This document shows positions 1-9,231 of a DNA stretch of 64,000 bases, piece after piece. Each line of letters opens with the position of its first letter. Position 1 is the first letter of the stretch. The DNA is from an uncultured virus (IMG/VR IMGVR_UViG_3300030101_001550) (taxonomy: Duplodnaviria; Heunggongvirae; Uroviricota; Caudoviricetes): the IMG/VR virus record IMGVR_UViG_3300030101_001550. One strand, 5' to 3'. Position numbers and translations under genes: made by a program. Under the pieces are notes generated by a model that worked only from the letters and a program-made list of their open reading frames with translations, was not told the DNA's origin and did no database searches.

Positions 1-24
1 CTTCACCCTCCTCCTCCAGGTGAG

Positions 25-59
25 TTGAGCACTAAGCCTTGAGCGTTGAGCATTGAGCA
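25..59. repeat. 7-bp periodic heptamer array (TTGAGCN), probable genome-end/packaging-associated repeat
   Basis: TTGAGCA 25, CTAAGCC 32, TTGAGCG 39, TTGAGCA 46, TTGAGCA 53; a related array lies at 63414..63441. Confidence 0.7.
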
Positions 60-206
60 TCAACATTCCACAAAACTTACGAAGTAAGTTTTATAATCTC
101 CTGTTATAAAAATTTTTTTATAGTAAAAAATAACGAAAATGTAGAGGTTATTTACTTGTTTTTATCTGTTATTATTAGTTTATATTAGAAGAACGAAAGG
201 AGAACT

Positions 207-266
207 ATGCTAGAATTTTTACTAATATTTATTTTAGGAATACTAGTTTTAGTATTTACTAATTAA
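207..266 (+). CDS. 19-aa hydrophobic micropeptide MLEFLLIFILGILVLVFTN
   Basis: Strong SD (GAAAGGAGA) just upstream; single transmembrane-like segment; below the ORF track size cutoff. Confidence 0.55.
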   Translation: MLEFLLIFILGILVLVFTN

Positions 267-309
267 TCGAAATAGTATAATAATTAACTTAGAAAGGAGA
301 GAAAAAATT

Positions 310-684
310 ATGAAAGAAGCTACTAATAAAAAATTTCCTAATAGTTTTAAGAAATTAGCTAGTAGAAGAATTCTTTTTCGTTTAGTAAATACTAAACGAG
401 GAAAATCTTTCGATATATTCGAAGCGAATAAATTCGCTACGACTATCGAAGAACTTTTTTCTAATTCGAATTATCGTTCTATAGATTACTCTTACGATAC
501 TAGAATTAATAATAAATTATCTAGTATTAAGTTAATCGTAGAAAACGTAAACGATAAAGACGATATAGAAGAAATTAAAACTATTCTAAAAGAGAATAGA
601 GAATTCTTAAACGCTAATAAAACTATTAAGAATAGAAAAGCGATAGAAGAAAATATTAAATTCTTCGAAAGTAAAATTTCTTAA
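310..684 (+). CDS. Hypothetical early protein, paralog of 63647..>64000; CA/TG-free coding sequence
   Basis: SD AGAAAGGAG; NKKFPNSF...FRLVN matches NKKFPTSF...FLLVN in the paralog; followed by a terminator. Confidence 0.85.
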   Translation: MKEATNKKFPNSFKKLASRRILFRLVNTKRGKSFDIFEANKFATTIEELFSNSNYRSIDYSYDTRINNKLSSIKLIVENVNDKDDIEEIKTILKENREFLNANKTIKNRKAIEENIKFFESKIS

Positions 685-695
685 TTAATAAATTT

Positions 696-726
696 AATCT
701 CTCTCTTTTTTAAGAGAGAGATTTTT
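696..726 (+). terminator. Rho-independent terminator
   Basis: AATCTCTCTCTT-tttt-AAGAGAGAGATT 12-bp stem followed by a T run, directly after the 310..684 stop. Confidence 0.8.
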
Positions 727-890
727 TATTTTTATTTCTAATTTATAAATCTCTAAAAAAATATTCGTATTAAGTTTGCTGTGTAATAAATCGTATAAAG
801 TTTGTACGTTTTGTAGGCGATTTGTTTATATACGAATAAGCTTTACCACTAATGGCTGTTATATGTATAAATAATATATATACTAATTTG

Positions 891-1130
891 ATGATAAAGG
901 TCTGGTTACTACTGTTTCTTACCTCTGCCCCTAATTTACCTTCTGTTAAATACAATGCTTGGCTTTACAAGACAGAAATAGAATGTAGAGAGGCGCAAGT
1001 AGAATATTTAAATCTGTACGAATCTCAGTCAGATTTCTATAAATCAACTTTAATAACTGACGCTTTTTGTATAGAGTTTGAATCTTTTCCAATCGAGAAG
1101 TTTCAACCACAACTATTTGAAAAAACATGA
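891..1130 (+). CDS. Hypothetical protein with hydrophobic N-terminus
   Basis: MIKVWLLLFLTS start at ATG 891 preferred over 852; overlaps the terL start (ATGA). Confidence 0.6.
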   Translation: MIKVWLLLFLTSAPNLPSVKYNAWLYKTEIECREAQVEYLNLYESQSDFYKSTLITDAFCIEFESFPIEKFQPQLFEKT

Positions 1131-2638
1131 GAACTGAATTAATAGAAAAAGCAAAAACAATTCTTTTGGATCCTAAAGCTCCAAAAAATATCAAAGCACA
1201 AGTTTATGAGATATTAGAGAAACAGCGATCCAAAGAAGCAAACGCCGGAGCAAAAGAAACTATTATAGGATATGCAAAACATATGTATCCTGGATACAAC
1301 GATCCAGCACATATAAAACTTATTGCACAAAACCTAGAAAGTTTGGAGAAAGGCGATATAGACAGACTAGCTATATTTATGCCACCTCGACATGGCAAGT
1401 CCATGTTATGCTCCGAGTTTTTTCCAGCTTGGTACTTAGGTCGTAATCCTAAAAAATTTGTTATACAATCAACATACGCTCAAGAATTGGCTGATGATTT
1501 TGGACGCAAGGTACGTAACCAAATACGCTCAGAAGAATTTATGTCAGTCTTTGAAGGTGTAGGCTTACGAGAAGATTCAAGCTCTGCTAAACGTTTTCAC
1601 ACAGTACATGGTGGAACGTATAGTGCAGTCGGTGCTGGCGGTGCTATTACAGGTCGTGGTGCACACTTACTAATTATTGATGATCCTATAAAAGGGCGTG
1701 AAGAAGCAGAGTCAGGGCTTCAACGTAGAAATTTAGTCGAGTGGTATAAGTCAGTCGCTTACACACGATTACAGCCAGGTGGTAAAGTTATTTTAATTCA
1801 AACTCGATGGCACGAAGAAGATTTAGCGGGATGGATATTAGAGAACTCAGGAGAGAAGTGGAAAGTTTTAGACTTACCAGCGATAAACGCAAGTGGTGAT
1901 GCGTTGTGGCCAGAAGCATATCCCGTAGAAAAATTACAAAAAATCAAAGCGACAGTCGGAGATAGAGTATGGGAGTCATTATACCAGCAACGTCCAACAG
2001 CAGAACAGGGCGCTATACTCAAGAGAGATTGGTGGCGAAAATTGGATCATCAACCTAAATACGATTTTATATTACAAAGTTATGACACAGCATTTAGTAC
2101 GAAAGAGTCTGCAGACTTTTCAGCAAGAACAACGTGGGGAGTGTTTTCTAGAGTGAACGAAGATACTGGCGAAATAGAAGCATGTATAGGTTTAATCGAA
2201 GCATGGAAAGATAGAGTAGAATATCCAGATTTAAGACGTATTGCACAAGAAGCATATCGAGAGTATAAGCCTAATGTAATTCTAATCGAGAAACGTGCAT
2301 CAGGGCAATCGTTACTTCAAGACATGAGAAGGGCGGGTTTACCAGTACATGAATATAGGCCTGATAGAGATAAAGTTTCAAGAGCACATGCAGTCGCTCC
2401 ACTTTTAGAAAGTGGACTTATCTATACTCCAGAAGAATTATGGGTAGACGATATAATTGCAGAAGCGGCGGCGTTTCCATATGGTAAACATGATGACTTT
2501 GTAGATACTTGTACTCAAGCATGGCAGTTAATTCGAGAACAATATTTAGTAGCACATCCATTAGATCCAGATGATTTTGACGAATGGGACGATAAACCAG
2601 TTTTAAGTAAATTAGTCGAAAAGAGATATTATAGTTAG
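1127..2638 (+). CDS. terL: Terminase large subunit
   Basis: Walker A MPPRHGKS, Walker B LLIIDDP, QTRWH, nuclease motifs SYDTA and KHDDFVD. Confidence 0.95.
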   Translation: MRTELIEKAKTILLDPKAPKNIKAQVYEILEKQRSKEANAGAKETIIGYAKHMYPGYNDPAHIKLIAQNLESLEKGDIDRLAIFMPPRHGKSMLCSEFFPAWYLGRNPKKFVIQSTYAQELADDFGRKVRNQIRSEEFMSVFEGVGLREDSSSAKRFHTVHGGTYSAVGAGGAITGRGAHLLIIDDPIKGREEAESGLQRRNLVEWYKSVAYTRLQPGGKVILIQTRWHEEDLAGWILENSGEKWKVLDLPAINASGDALWPEAYPVEKLQKIKATVGDRVWESLYQQRPTAEQGAILKRDWWRKLDHQPKYDFILQSYDTAFSTKESADFSARTTWGVFSRVNEDTGEIEACIGLIEAWKDRVEYPDLRRIAQEAYREYKPNVILIEKRASGQSLLQDMRRAGLPVHEYRPDRDKVSRAHAVAPLLESGLIYTPEELWVDDIIAEAAAFPYGKHDDFVDTCTQAWQLIREQYLVAHPLDPDDFDEWDDKPVLSKLVEKRYYS

Positions 2639-2683
2639 ACAAGTTGTAAGAAATATTATAAGTATTACAAAAAAGGAGGGCAT

Positions 2684-2917
2684 ATGCCAAGAAAAAAAAT
2701 GGGTCCTAAGGGTAGAATGAAAAAACCTGGAGGAATGTTAAAAAAACCTAATACGCCAGGAGAAAAAAGTAGAGCAGTAAAAGGATTTATTACTAAAGCT
2801 TTAGCAGATTTAAGAAAAGGCAACAAAATGAAAGGTAATCCATCTGGAAAAGATACAAGATTACTAAAAAGATTAGCGCCTAAAATGAAAAATAAAAAAC
2901 AAAGAGCAAAAGTATAA
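2684..2917 (+). CDS. Small Lys/Arg-rich protein
   Basis: SD AAGGAGG; very basic composition. Confidence 0.7.
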   Translation: MPRKKMGPKGRMKKPGGMLKKPNTPGEKSRAVKGFITKALADLRKGNKMKGNPSGKDTRLLKRLAPKMKNKKQRAKV

Positions 2918-2973
2918 TGAAAGATGATTGTCCAGTATGCGGAGGCACCGGCTGTGTTTGTCCTAAGAAATGA
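2917..2973 (+). CDS. 18-aa Cys-rich micropeptide MKDDCPVCGGTGCVCPKK
   Basis: Translationally coupled on both sides (TAATG and ATGA); CxxC...CxC motif. Confidence 0.5.
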   Translation: MKDDCPVCGGTGCVCPKK

Positions 2974-3176
2974 ATACTATAAAACCTAAACCAAAACCTT
3001 TATCGCCTCGTCAGCAAGAGATGATGGATTCTATAAATAGAATTTATAAAACTGTAGCGGCGGATAAAAAGTCTGGTAGAATAAAAAATAAAATAGCGAA
3101 AAAGTTTAAAGAGGGCAAAATGAAAAAGCCACCTAAACCTAAAGCTAAAAAGAAAAAAGGAAAGATGGGAAGATGA
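2970..3176 (+). CDS. Small Lys-rich protein
   Basis: Coupled ORF with basic composition. Confidence 0.65.
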   Translation: MNTIKPKPKPLSPRQQEMMDSINRIYKTVAADKKSGRIKNKIAKKFKEGKMKKPPKPKAKKKKGKMGR

Positions 3177-3355
3177 ACAGAAAAAATTTTGGTAAATCAA
3201 TGTTAGGAGATTTAAATAAAGATGGTAGAATGTCTGGCTATGAAAAAGCTAGACAGAAAGCTATCTCTAAAGCTATGTCTAAGAAAAAGAAGCCAGTAGG
3301 TAAAAGTGGACCTGCTACTAAAGGTAAAAGAAAAAAAGCTAAGAAAAAAATATAA
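3173..3355 (+). CDS. Small Lys-rich protein with GDLNKDGRMSGYE motif
   Basis: Coupled ORF; DxNxDG loop. Confidence 0.65.
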   Translation: MNRKNFGKSMLGDLNKDGRMSGYEKARQKAISKAMSKKKKPVGKSGPATKGKRKKAKKKI

Positions 3356-3522
3356 TGCCTAATATAAAAAAAGACGGAACTCGTTACGGTAAGCCAATCA
3401 GAATCGGTGTTGTCGTTCCACAAATAGTTGCTGACATTGCAGTTCAGATGATTCAAGATGGTAAGATGACACAAAAAGAAGCTATCTCTATTTTGAAAAA
3501 AAATTTTAAAAAGAAAAAATGA
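3355..3522 (+). CDS. 55-aa hypothetical protein
   Basis: MPNIKKDGTRYG...KNFKKKK; coupled at both ends. Confidence 0.55.
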   Translation: MPNIKKDGTRYGKPIRIGVVVPQIVADIAVQMIQDGKMTQKEAISILKKNFKKKK

Positions 3523-4028
3523 TTAGTATTACTCAAGACATATTTAACTGGAGTAAAAAGTTTTTAGAGAAACCTAATAAACATTTAGGTGGAATGCCAG
3601 TATGCCCTTATGCAAAAAAAGCAAGAGTAGACGGTAAATTAAAAGTTGTAGAAGTAGATAGTTCAGAAAAATTTTTAAAAAAAATAATAGAAGTATGTGA
3701 TAACTTCGGTGTATACGATGTAGTTATCGTAGCTTGTGAAGATATGGAAATAAGTGCAGATGAATTACATGATTATGTTCATGCTTTAAATCATGTGTAT
3801 GTTCCTAAAGATGTTTATTTAATTGCAAGTTACCCTGATGATGAAGAAGTTGATTTTTTAGAAAGTTTAGATTATGATCCTTCTAGAGAATTTTATATGG
3901 TTTTGATACAGTCGTATCAAAAACTTGAAGATGGCAGTTCATCTTTAAGTAAAACTAAATATTATGAGAATTGGCCAGATGATTATTATGCTGACACAGT
4001 TCTTTTAAGAAAAAAATATAGGAGATAA
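3519..4028 (+). CDS. Hypothetical protein (DUF1415-like CPYA motif)
   Basis: GMPVCPYAKKA motif. Confidence 0.6.
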   Translation: MISITQDIFNWSKKFLEKPNKHLGGMPVCPYAKKARVDGKLKVVEVDSSEKFLKKIIEVCDNFGVYDVVIVACEDMEISADELHDYVHALNHVYVPKDVYLIASYPDDEEVDFLESLDYDPSREFYMVLIQSYQKLEDGSSSLSKTKYYENWPDDYYADTVLLRKKYRR

Positions 4029-4030
4029 AT

Positions 4031-4138
4031 ATGCCAGGAATGAAAAAAAGGTCTATGAAAAAAAGATCAAAAAAGGCTATGACTAAAGCTGAAAAAGCTA
4101 AAATGGAAAAAATGAAAAAAGCTAAAAAGAAAAAGTAA
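4031..4138 (+). CDS. 35-aa Lys/Met-rich protein
   Basis: SD AGGAGA; MPGMKKRSMKKRSKK...; stop overlaps the portal start. Confidence 0.6.
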   Translation: MPGMKKRSMKKRSKKAMTKAEKAKMEKMKKAKKKK

Positions 4139-6432
4139 TGGTAGAAGTGATCGAAGAAATTGCTGTTCAACTTCCTGAGGAAGATATACTTGAGACAGGT
4201 GTAGAGGTAAATATAACAGAAGAAGAATTTGTTAATCCTCTCGACACCGATCATCTTGCAAATTTAGCAGAAGGCATGAACAAAGACCAATTAGGTCTTA
4301 TTGCTAGTGAACTTATTGAAAAATTTGAAAATGATAAGACAAGTAGAAAGCAATGGGAAGATCAATATTCTAAAGGTTTAAAGATGCTCGGTATCATTAC
4401 AGAGGATCGCAACGATCCTTTTCCTGGAGCATCTGGCGTTCATCATCCTCTCATGGCAGAAGCTGCTACGCAGTTTCAAGCTAGAGCCATTGCAGAGATG
4501 TTTCCTCCCGGCGGACCTGTAAAGACACAGATTATAGGAAAACAGACTGACGAAAAAGTAAAACAGGCACAGAGAGTTCAAGAATACATGAACTATCAGC
4601 TTACACAAGAGATGCCTGAGTATTTCAATGAGTTAGATCAACTTTTATTCTATTTAGCTGTGTCAGGGTCTGCCTTTAAAAAAGTTTATTATGATCCAAC
4701 TTTAGAAAGAGTGGCGTCATCTTTTATACCAGCAGAAGATTTTGTTATATCTTATGGTAGTAACGACTTAGAAACTGCTGAACGATACACTCAAGTCATG
4801 AAGATGAATAAAAATGACTTAAAAAAATACATACAAACAGGTTTTTATAAACAAATAAACATGATGGAAGATAACTACAACGATGAATATAGCGATGTAG
4901 AGAAAACAATAGACAGATTAGAGGGTGTTTCTAACAGTATGAGCTCAAGTGTGTGCACAGTTTTAGAAATACACGCTGATTTTAACATAGAAAACCCTGA
5001 TGACGATGCCGCTGTAGCACTTCCTTACATAATTACAATAGAAAAACAAACACAACAAGTATTAGCTATCAGAAGAAACTGGAAAGAAGATGACGAGATG
5101 AAGAAAAAAAGAACTTATTTCGTTCATTACAAATATTTACCAGGTTTAGGCTTTTACGGATTTGGTTTAATTCACATGATTGGTGGATTACAACACGCCG
5201 CAACTGGTGCTTTACGTGCTTTATTAGATTCTGCAGCATTTGCAAATCTAAATGGAGGATTTAAAGCAAAAGGTGCACGAATTGAAGGCGGCGATTTAAC
5301 AGTTTCACCCGGCTCTTGGATAGAAGTAGAAGCATATGGCGATGATTTAACAAAATCATTTATGCAACTGCCATTTAAAGAGCCATCTCCGACCCTAATG
5401 CAACTTTTAGGCATATTAACTGAATCCGGCAGACGTTTTTCTAGCATAGCTGACGCTATGGTAGGAGACGCTGCTGGAACTTCTCCTGTCGGAACAACTA
5501 TTGCACAAATAGAACAGGGCAGTAAGATATTTTCTGCTATACATAAACGTTTACATCACGCTCAAGCTAGAGAATTACAATTAATTGGCCAATTAGATGG
5601 AGAATATTTACCAAATGATTACCCATACGAAGTTGTAGGCGATGAATTAGCTGTAAGAAGAATGGATTTTGATGATAGAGTAGATATTATTCCAGTATCT
5701 GACCCTAACATATTTTCTCAAGCACAAAGAATAGCTTTAGCTCAAACTACATTACAAATGGCGCAACAAGCACCTCAATTTTTAGACGTAAAAGAAGCAT
5801 ATAAAAGATTAATGACTGCTTTATCACTACCAGAGCCAGATGATTTGTTAATAGATGAAGATGATATGCCTAGACGTGATCCAGTTTCAGAAAATATGGC
5901 CTTATTAAATGGTAAACCTATAAAAGCTTTTTCTGATCAAAATCATGACGCTCATATGGCAGTACATCAACAATTTATTTCTGATCCTAGATATGGAGGT
6001 AGACCAGAAGCAAAAGAAGCACTTATTGGTCCTATGTTAGCACACTTAGGAGAACACGTTGCATTTCAATATCGTTTACAAATGCAATCTATGGCGCAAG
6101 GCGCTGAGTTTCCGTTACCTTCTTTTGACGATGGCGAAGAAGAACAGCAATTACCGCCACAAGTAGAAAATCAATTAGCTGCAGTTCAAGCTCAAACAGC
6201 ACAAGCTTTAGCTCAATCACAACCGCCTAGTCCAGAACAAGTAAAACAACAGCAACAAAGTCAAAAAGAACAAGCTGAGTTACAACTTAAAGCGAAAGAA
6301 ATGCAAATTAGAGAAGCACGTTTTGCAGAGGGCGTAAAAAATAACGAAAGAATGCAGGACAGAAAAGATAAAGAATTACAATTAAAAGCTGTAGATCAAA
6401 TATCAAAAACTAATGAAAGAAAAAAGAAATAA
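4138..6432 (+). CDS. Portal protein
   Basis: 764 aa following terL; PFPGASGVHHP, GSAFKKVYYD, GFYGFGL motifs; Gln-rich coiled C-terminal tail as in P22-type portals. Confidence 0.9.
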   Translation: MVEVIEEIAVQLPEEDILETGVEVNITEEEFVNPLDTDHLANLAEGMNKDQLGLIASELIEKFENDKTSRKQWEDQYSKGLKMLGIITEDRNDPFPGASGVHHPLMAEAATQFQARAIAEMFPPGGPVKTQIIGKQTDEKVKQAQRVQEYMNYQLTQEMPEYFNELDQLLFYLAVSGSAFKKVYYDPTLERVASSFIPAEDFVISYGSNDLETAERYTQVMKMNKNDLKKYIQTGFYKQINMMEDNYNDEYSDVEKTIDRLEGVSNSMSSSVCTVLEIHADFNIENPDDDAAVALPYIITIEKQTQQVLAIRRNWKEDDEMKKKRTYFVHYKYLPGLGFYGFGLIHMIGGLQHAATGALRALLDSAAFANLNGGFKAKGARIEGGDLTVSPGSWIEVEAYGDDLTKSFMQLPFKEPSPTLMQLLGILTESGRRFSSIADAMVGDAAGTSPVGTTIAQIEQGSKIFSAIHKRLHHAQARELQLIGQLDGEYLPNDYPYEVVGDELAVRRMDFDDRVDIIPVSDPNIFSQAQRIALAQTTLQMAQQAPQFLDVKEAYKRLMTALSLPEPDDLLIDEDDMPRRDPVSENMALLNGKPIKAFSDQNHDAHMAVHQQFISDPRYGGRPEAKEALIGPMLAHLGEHVAFQYRLQMQSMAQGAEFPLPSFDDGEEEQQLPPQVENQLAAVQAQTAQALAQSQPPSPEQVKQQQQSQKEQAELQLKAKEMQIREARFAEGVKNNERMQDRKDKELQLKAVDQISKTNERKKK

Positions 6433-6679
6433 TATAAGAGCAACTGGAGAAGAAATAAGAAAAGCTAAAAAGTTTTTAAGAAATAAAAAAGTACCTTTAG
6501 CTTTATTTAAACCTAATTTATTTGCTTCTGCCAGTAAAGAAATAAATAAAAATTTTGATGGAACGTTTGATGCATTAATGAATGTGTATAAAACAGGTAA
6601 TCCATATTACAAAAGGAGAATGAAGAATGCCGACAATACCAGTAATAAAAGCGATACAAACAGAAATAAAAAAGTATAA
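6413..6679 (+). CDS. Hypothetical basic protein
   Basis: Fills the gap between the portal and the next gene. Confidence 0.55.
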   Translation: MKEKRNNIRATGEEIRKAKKFLRNKKVPLALFKPNLFASASKEINKNFDGTFDALMNVYKTGNPYYKRRMKNADNTSNKSDTNRNKKV

Positions 6680-6830
6680 AGTAGAATTAGCTAATAAAAC
6701 ATTAGCACCCGGTTTTGATAATTATGAAAGTTATCAAAAAGCAAAAGGAATAGCAGAAGGATTAGACATTGCTATTCGTATTTGCGAACAAATGGAAAAA
6801 AGATATATAGAAGGAGATACAGATGAATAG
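6627..6830 (+). CDS. Hypothetical protein
   Basis: SD AAGGAG; precedes GroES. Confidence 0.7.
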   Translation: MPTIPVIKAIQTEIKKYKVELANKTLAPGFDNYESYQKAKGIAEGLDIAIRICEQMEKRYIEGDTDE

Positions 6831-7197
6831 AAATCAAGATTGGTTTACAGACGATAATATCCCTGACCCTAAATCAAAAGATTTACCAAAACCAGTAGGT
6901 TGGAGAATATTAGTTCGACCAATTGGAATGGTTAAAAAAACTAAAGGTGGAATTATTTTAACTGATAAAAATATGGAAGAGCAACAATATTTGAATTCTA
7001 AAGGTAGAGTAATAGCTATGGGAAAAGAGTGTTACAATAATAGAAGAACAAATTGGTGTACAAGTGGAGATACTATTGTATATAGTAGATATGCAGGGTC
7101 AAGAATTGACGTTCAAGGCGTTAAAATGCTCTTGCTAAATGACGATGAGGTACTGGCAGTATTACCAAATCCTGATGCAGTAACTCAACAATTTTAA
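6823..7197 (+). CDS. groES: Co-chaperonin GroES-like protein
   Basis: PVGWRILVRP, KTKGGIIL, GRVIAMG, YSRYAG, LLNDDEVLA motifs. Confidence 0.9.
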   Translation: MNRNQDWFTDDNIPDPKSKDLPKPVGWRILVRPIGMVKKTKGGIILTDKNMEEQQYLNSKGRVIAMGKECYNNRRTNWCTSGDTIVYSRYAGSRIDVQGVKMLLLNDDEVLAVLPNPDAVTQQF

Positions 7198-7234
7198 CAT
7201 ACGCACTTGTTGCGAAAATACATAGGAGAATACT

Positions 7235-8152
7235 ATGAACGAAGAAGTACAGAATATTACACCCGATAATGATATTGAGGTAAAAATATTAGACGACAAA
7301 CCTAAAGAACAAGAAGATGTTTCTTTAGTACAACCAGAAGAAAATCAACCACAAGAATCAGCCTCAGACGTAAACGAAGAATTACAATCTTTGAAAAACG
7401 AATTAGCTGAATTAAAAAAAGAGCCCTATAGTTCACGAGTAAAAAATCGTATTTCTAAAGAGGTTTCTAAAAGAAAAGTGCTTGAAGATCAAAACAAAGC
7501 TTTAGAAAATAGACTTGCTAAATTAGAATCTAATGCTCAAGAACAAAATAAAAATGTTTTACAGAACACTTATCAAAAAGTTTCTCAAGAATTAAAAGAA
7601 GCTATTGAAGGTGGAAATACTGAAAAACAAGTTGAGCTTATGGATCAAATGGCAGAGGTCAGAAGTAAAATACAGACTAACCAACAACCTGTAAAAGAAG
7701 AAAATAAATCTCAAACACCTGAAGTTCAAGTGCCAGAAATAGCACAGAAATGGATAGGTAAAAACAGTCATTGGTGGAATAAACCTGGTTTTAACGCTGC
7801 AACTCAAATGTCTTATGCTATTGATAAAGACTTAACAGAAGAAGGTTTTGACATAAATGACCCTGATTATTACACAGAAATGGATAAAAGAATGAGTAAA
7901 GTGTACCCAGACTTAGTTAAAACAGAAGAAAACGCTGTTAATGAAACAAAAAAAGATGTAGAATCCAAGCCAAGAGTGCAATCACCAGTAGCAGGTGTTT
8001 CTCGATCAAATCAAGGCTCTGCTAAAAGTGTAAGATTGACGTCAGACGATTTACAAAACGCTGTGCGTTTTGGCATTGATATCAACGATCAGTCCGCACT
8101 GAAGAGGTACGCAAAGGAACTTGCGAACTACACAGGAAATAAAGGAGCCTGA
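7235..8152 (+). CDS. Probable capsid scaffold protein
   Basis: Acidic coiled coil upstream of the capsid genes. Confidence 0.65.
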   Translation: MNEEVQNITPDNDIEVKILDDKPKEQEDVSLVQPEENQPQESASDVNEELQSLKNELAELKKEPYSSRVKNRISKEVSKRKVLEDQNKALENRLAKLESNAQEQNKNVLQNTYQKVSQELKEAIEGGNTEKQVELMDQMAEVRSKIQTNQQPVKEENKSQTPEVQVPEIAQKWIGKNSHWWNKPGFNAATQMSYAIDKDLTEEGFDINDPDYYTEMDKRMSKVYPDLVKTEENAVNETKKDVESKPRVQSPVAGVSRSNQGSAKSVRLTSDDLQNAVRFGIDINDQSALKRYAKELANYTGNKGA

Positions 8153-8154
8153 TT

Positions 8155-8619
8155 ATGAAAAAAGACAAAAACACTTCTCTAAAAAACGAGAGAGAAACAC
8201 GTGATGAAAGCTCACGAATAAAAGAGTGGAAACCGCCTTCCTTGTTAGAGGCACCTCCAGCTCGGCCTGGCTACAAGCAGAGATGGATTGCAACTAAAAT
8301 ACTTGGAGTCGATAATCCAACTAACTGGGCAAAGCGCCGTAGAGAAGGGTGGGAGCCAAGAAAACCAGAAACAATTCCTGGTGATTTTCATGCTCCAACT
8401 ATTAATCACGGAACTTACCAAGGATATGTAGGAATCGAGGGTATGGTACTGTGCGAAATGCCAGAGGAAATGGTTACTCAGAGGAACGAATATTATCAGC
8501 AAAAAACTGATTCTCAGATGACTGCTGTTAAAAACGATTTGAATAGAATCGAACAACCTGGTAACCCAATCCAACGTGACCATAAGTCAAGTGTAACAAG
8601 AGGTGGAATCAAAGAATAA
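8155..8619 (+). CDS. Conserved head-module hypothetical protein
   Basis: WKPPSLLEAPPARPGYKQRWI and REGWEP motifs; position in head module. Confidence 0.7.
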   Translation: MKKDKNTSLKNERETRDESSRIKEWKPPSLLEAPPARPGYKQRWIATKILGVDNPTNWAKRRREGWEPRKPETIPGDFHAPTINHGTYQGYVGIEGMVLCEMPEEMVTQRNEYYQQKTDSQMTAVKNDLNRIEQPGNPIQRDHKSSVTRGGIKE

Positions 8620-8652
8620 ATTCGTAGCATAAATATTTGAAAGGTATTTAAA

Positions 8653-9222
8653 ATGGCTAACGCAGATACACCTCATGGTTTTACGCCAATGAGACATCTA
8701 ACAGGTGGTATTATACGTGCTAATGAATACGAAATTGCTAATGGTGAAGCAGATAGTTTTAGTTTTGGAGACATAGTTCAACTTGACTCTGACGGATTTC
8801 TAGATGCTTTCGCTAATAACGAAAATGCTATTGGCGTATTTTATGGTGTTCAATACACAGATGATACAACTGGCGATGTAAAATTCGAAAGAAAATGGAC
8901 TGGTGGATCTACATTTAAAGCTAATACAAAATGTAAAGCTTTAGTTTATGACGATCCTAACATTACATTCAAAGTGCAAGCCGGAGGAGCCGCTATTGCA
9001 CAAGCTAACGTTGGTGAATTATGCAACGTTATATTAACCGCTGGAGACGCAACTTTCTTAAACTCTAAGCATGAAGCAGATATGTCAACTTTGGCAAACA
9101 CTGCAAAAGTGTTAAGAATTTTAAGAATCGTTGACGAGCCCGGCAATGAAGTTGCTGAGAATGCAGAGATTGAAGTTGTTATTAACAACCACCTCTTTGG
9201 AACTCAGAACGCAGGAATATAG
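8653..9222 (+). CDS. Probable head decoration/cement protein
   Basis: MANADTPHGFTP...VYDDP; immediately precedes the major capsid gene. Confidence 0.65.
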   Translation: MANADTPHGFTPMRHLTGGIIRANEYEIANGEADSFSFGDIVQLDSDGFLDAFANNENAIGVFYGVQYTDDTTGDVKFERKWTGGSTFKANTKCKALVYDDPNITFKVQAGGAAIAQANVGELCNVILTAGDATFLNSKHEADMSTLANTAKVLRILRIVDEPGNEVAENAEIEVVINNHLFGTQNAGI

Positions 9223-9231
9223 GAGGGTAGT

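Noticed and set aside
25..59. Short direct repeats as a CRISPR array
   Set aside because: 7-bp contiguous units with no spacers and no cas genes
313..776. CA/TG loss explained by low GC content or methyl-C deamination
   Set aside because: CG, CT and AG are abundant, C-ending codons are chosen before G, and other AT-rich genes in the window contain CA and TG
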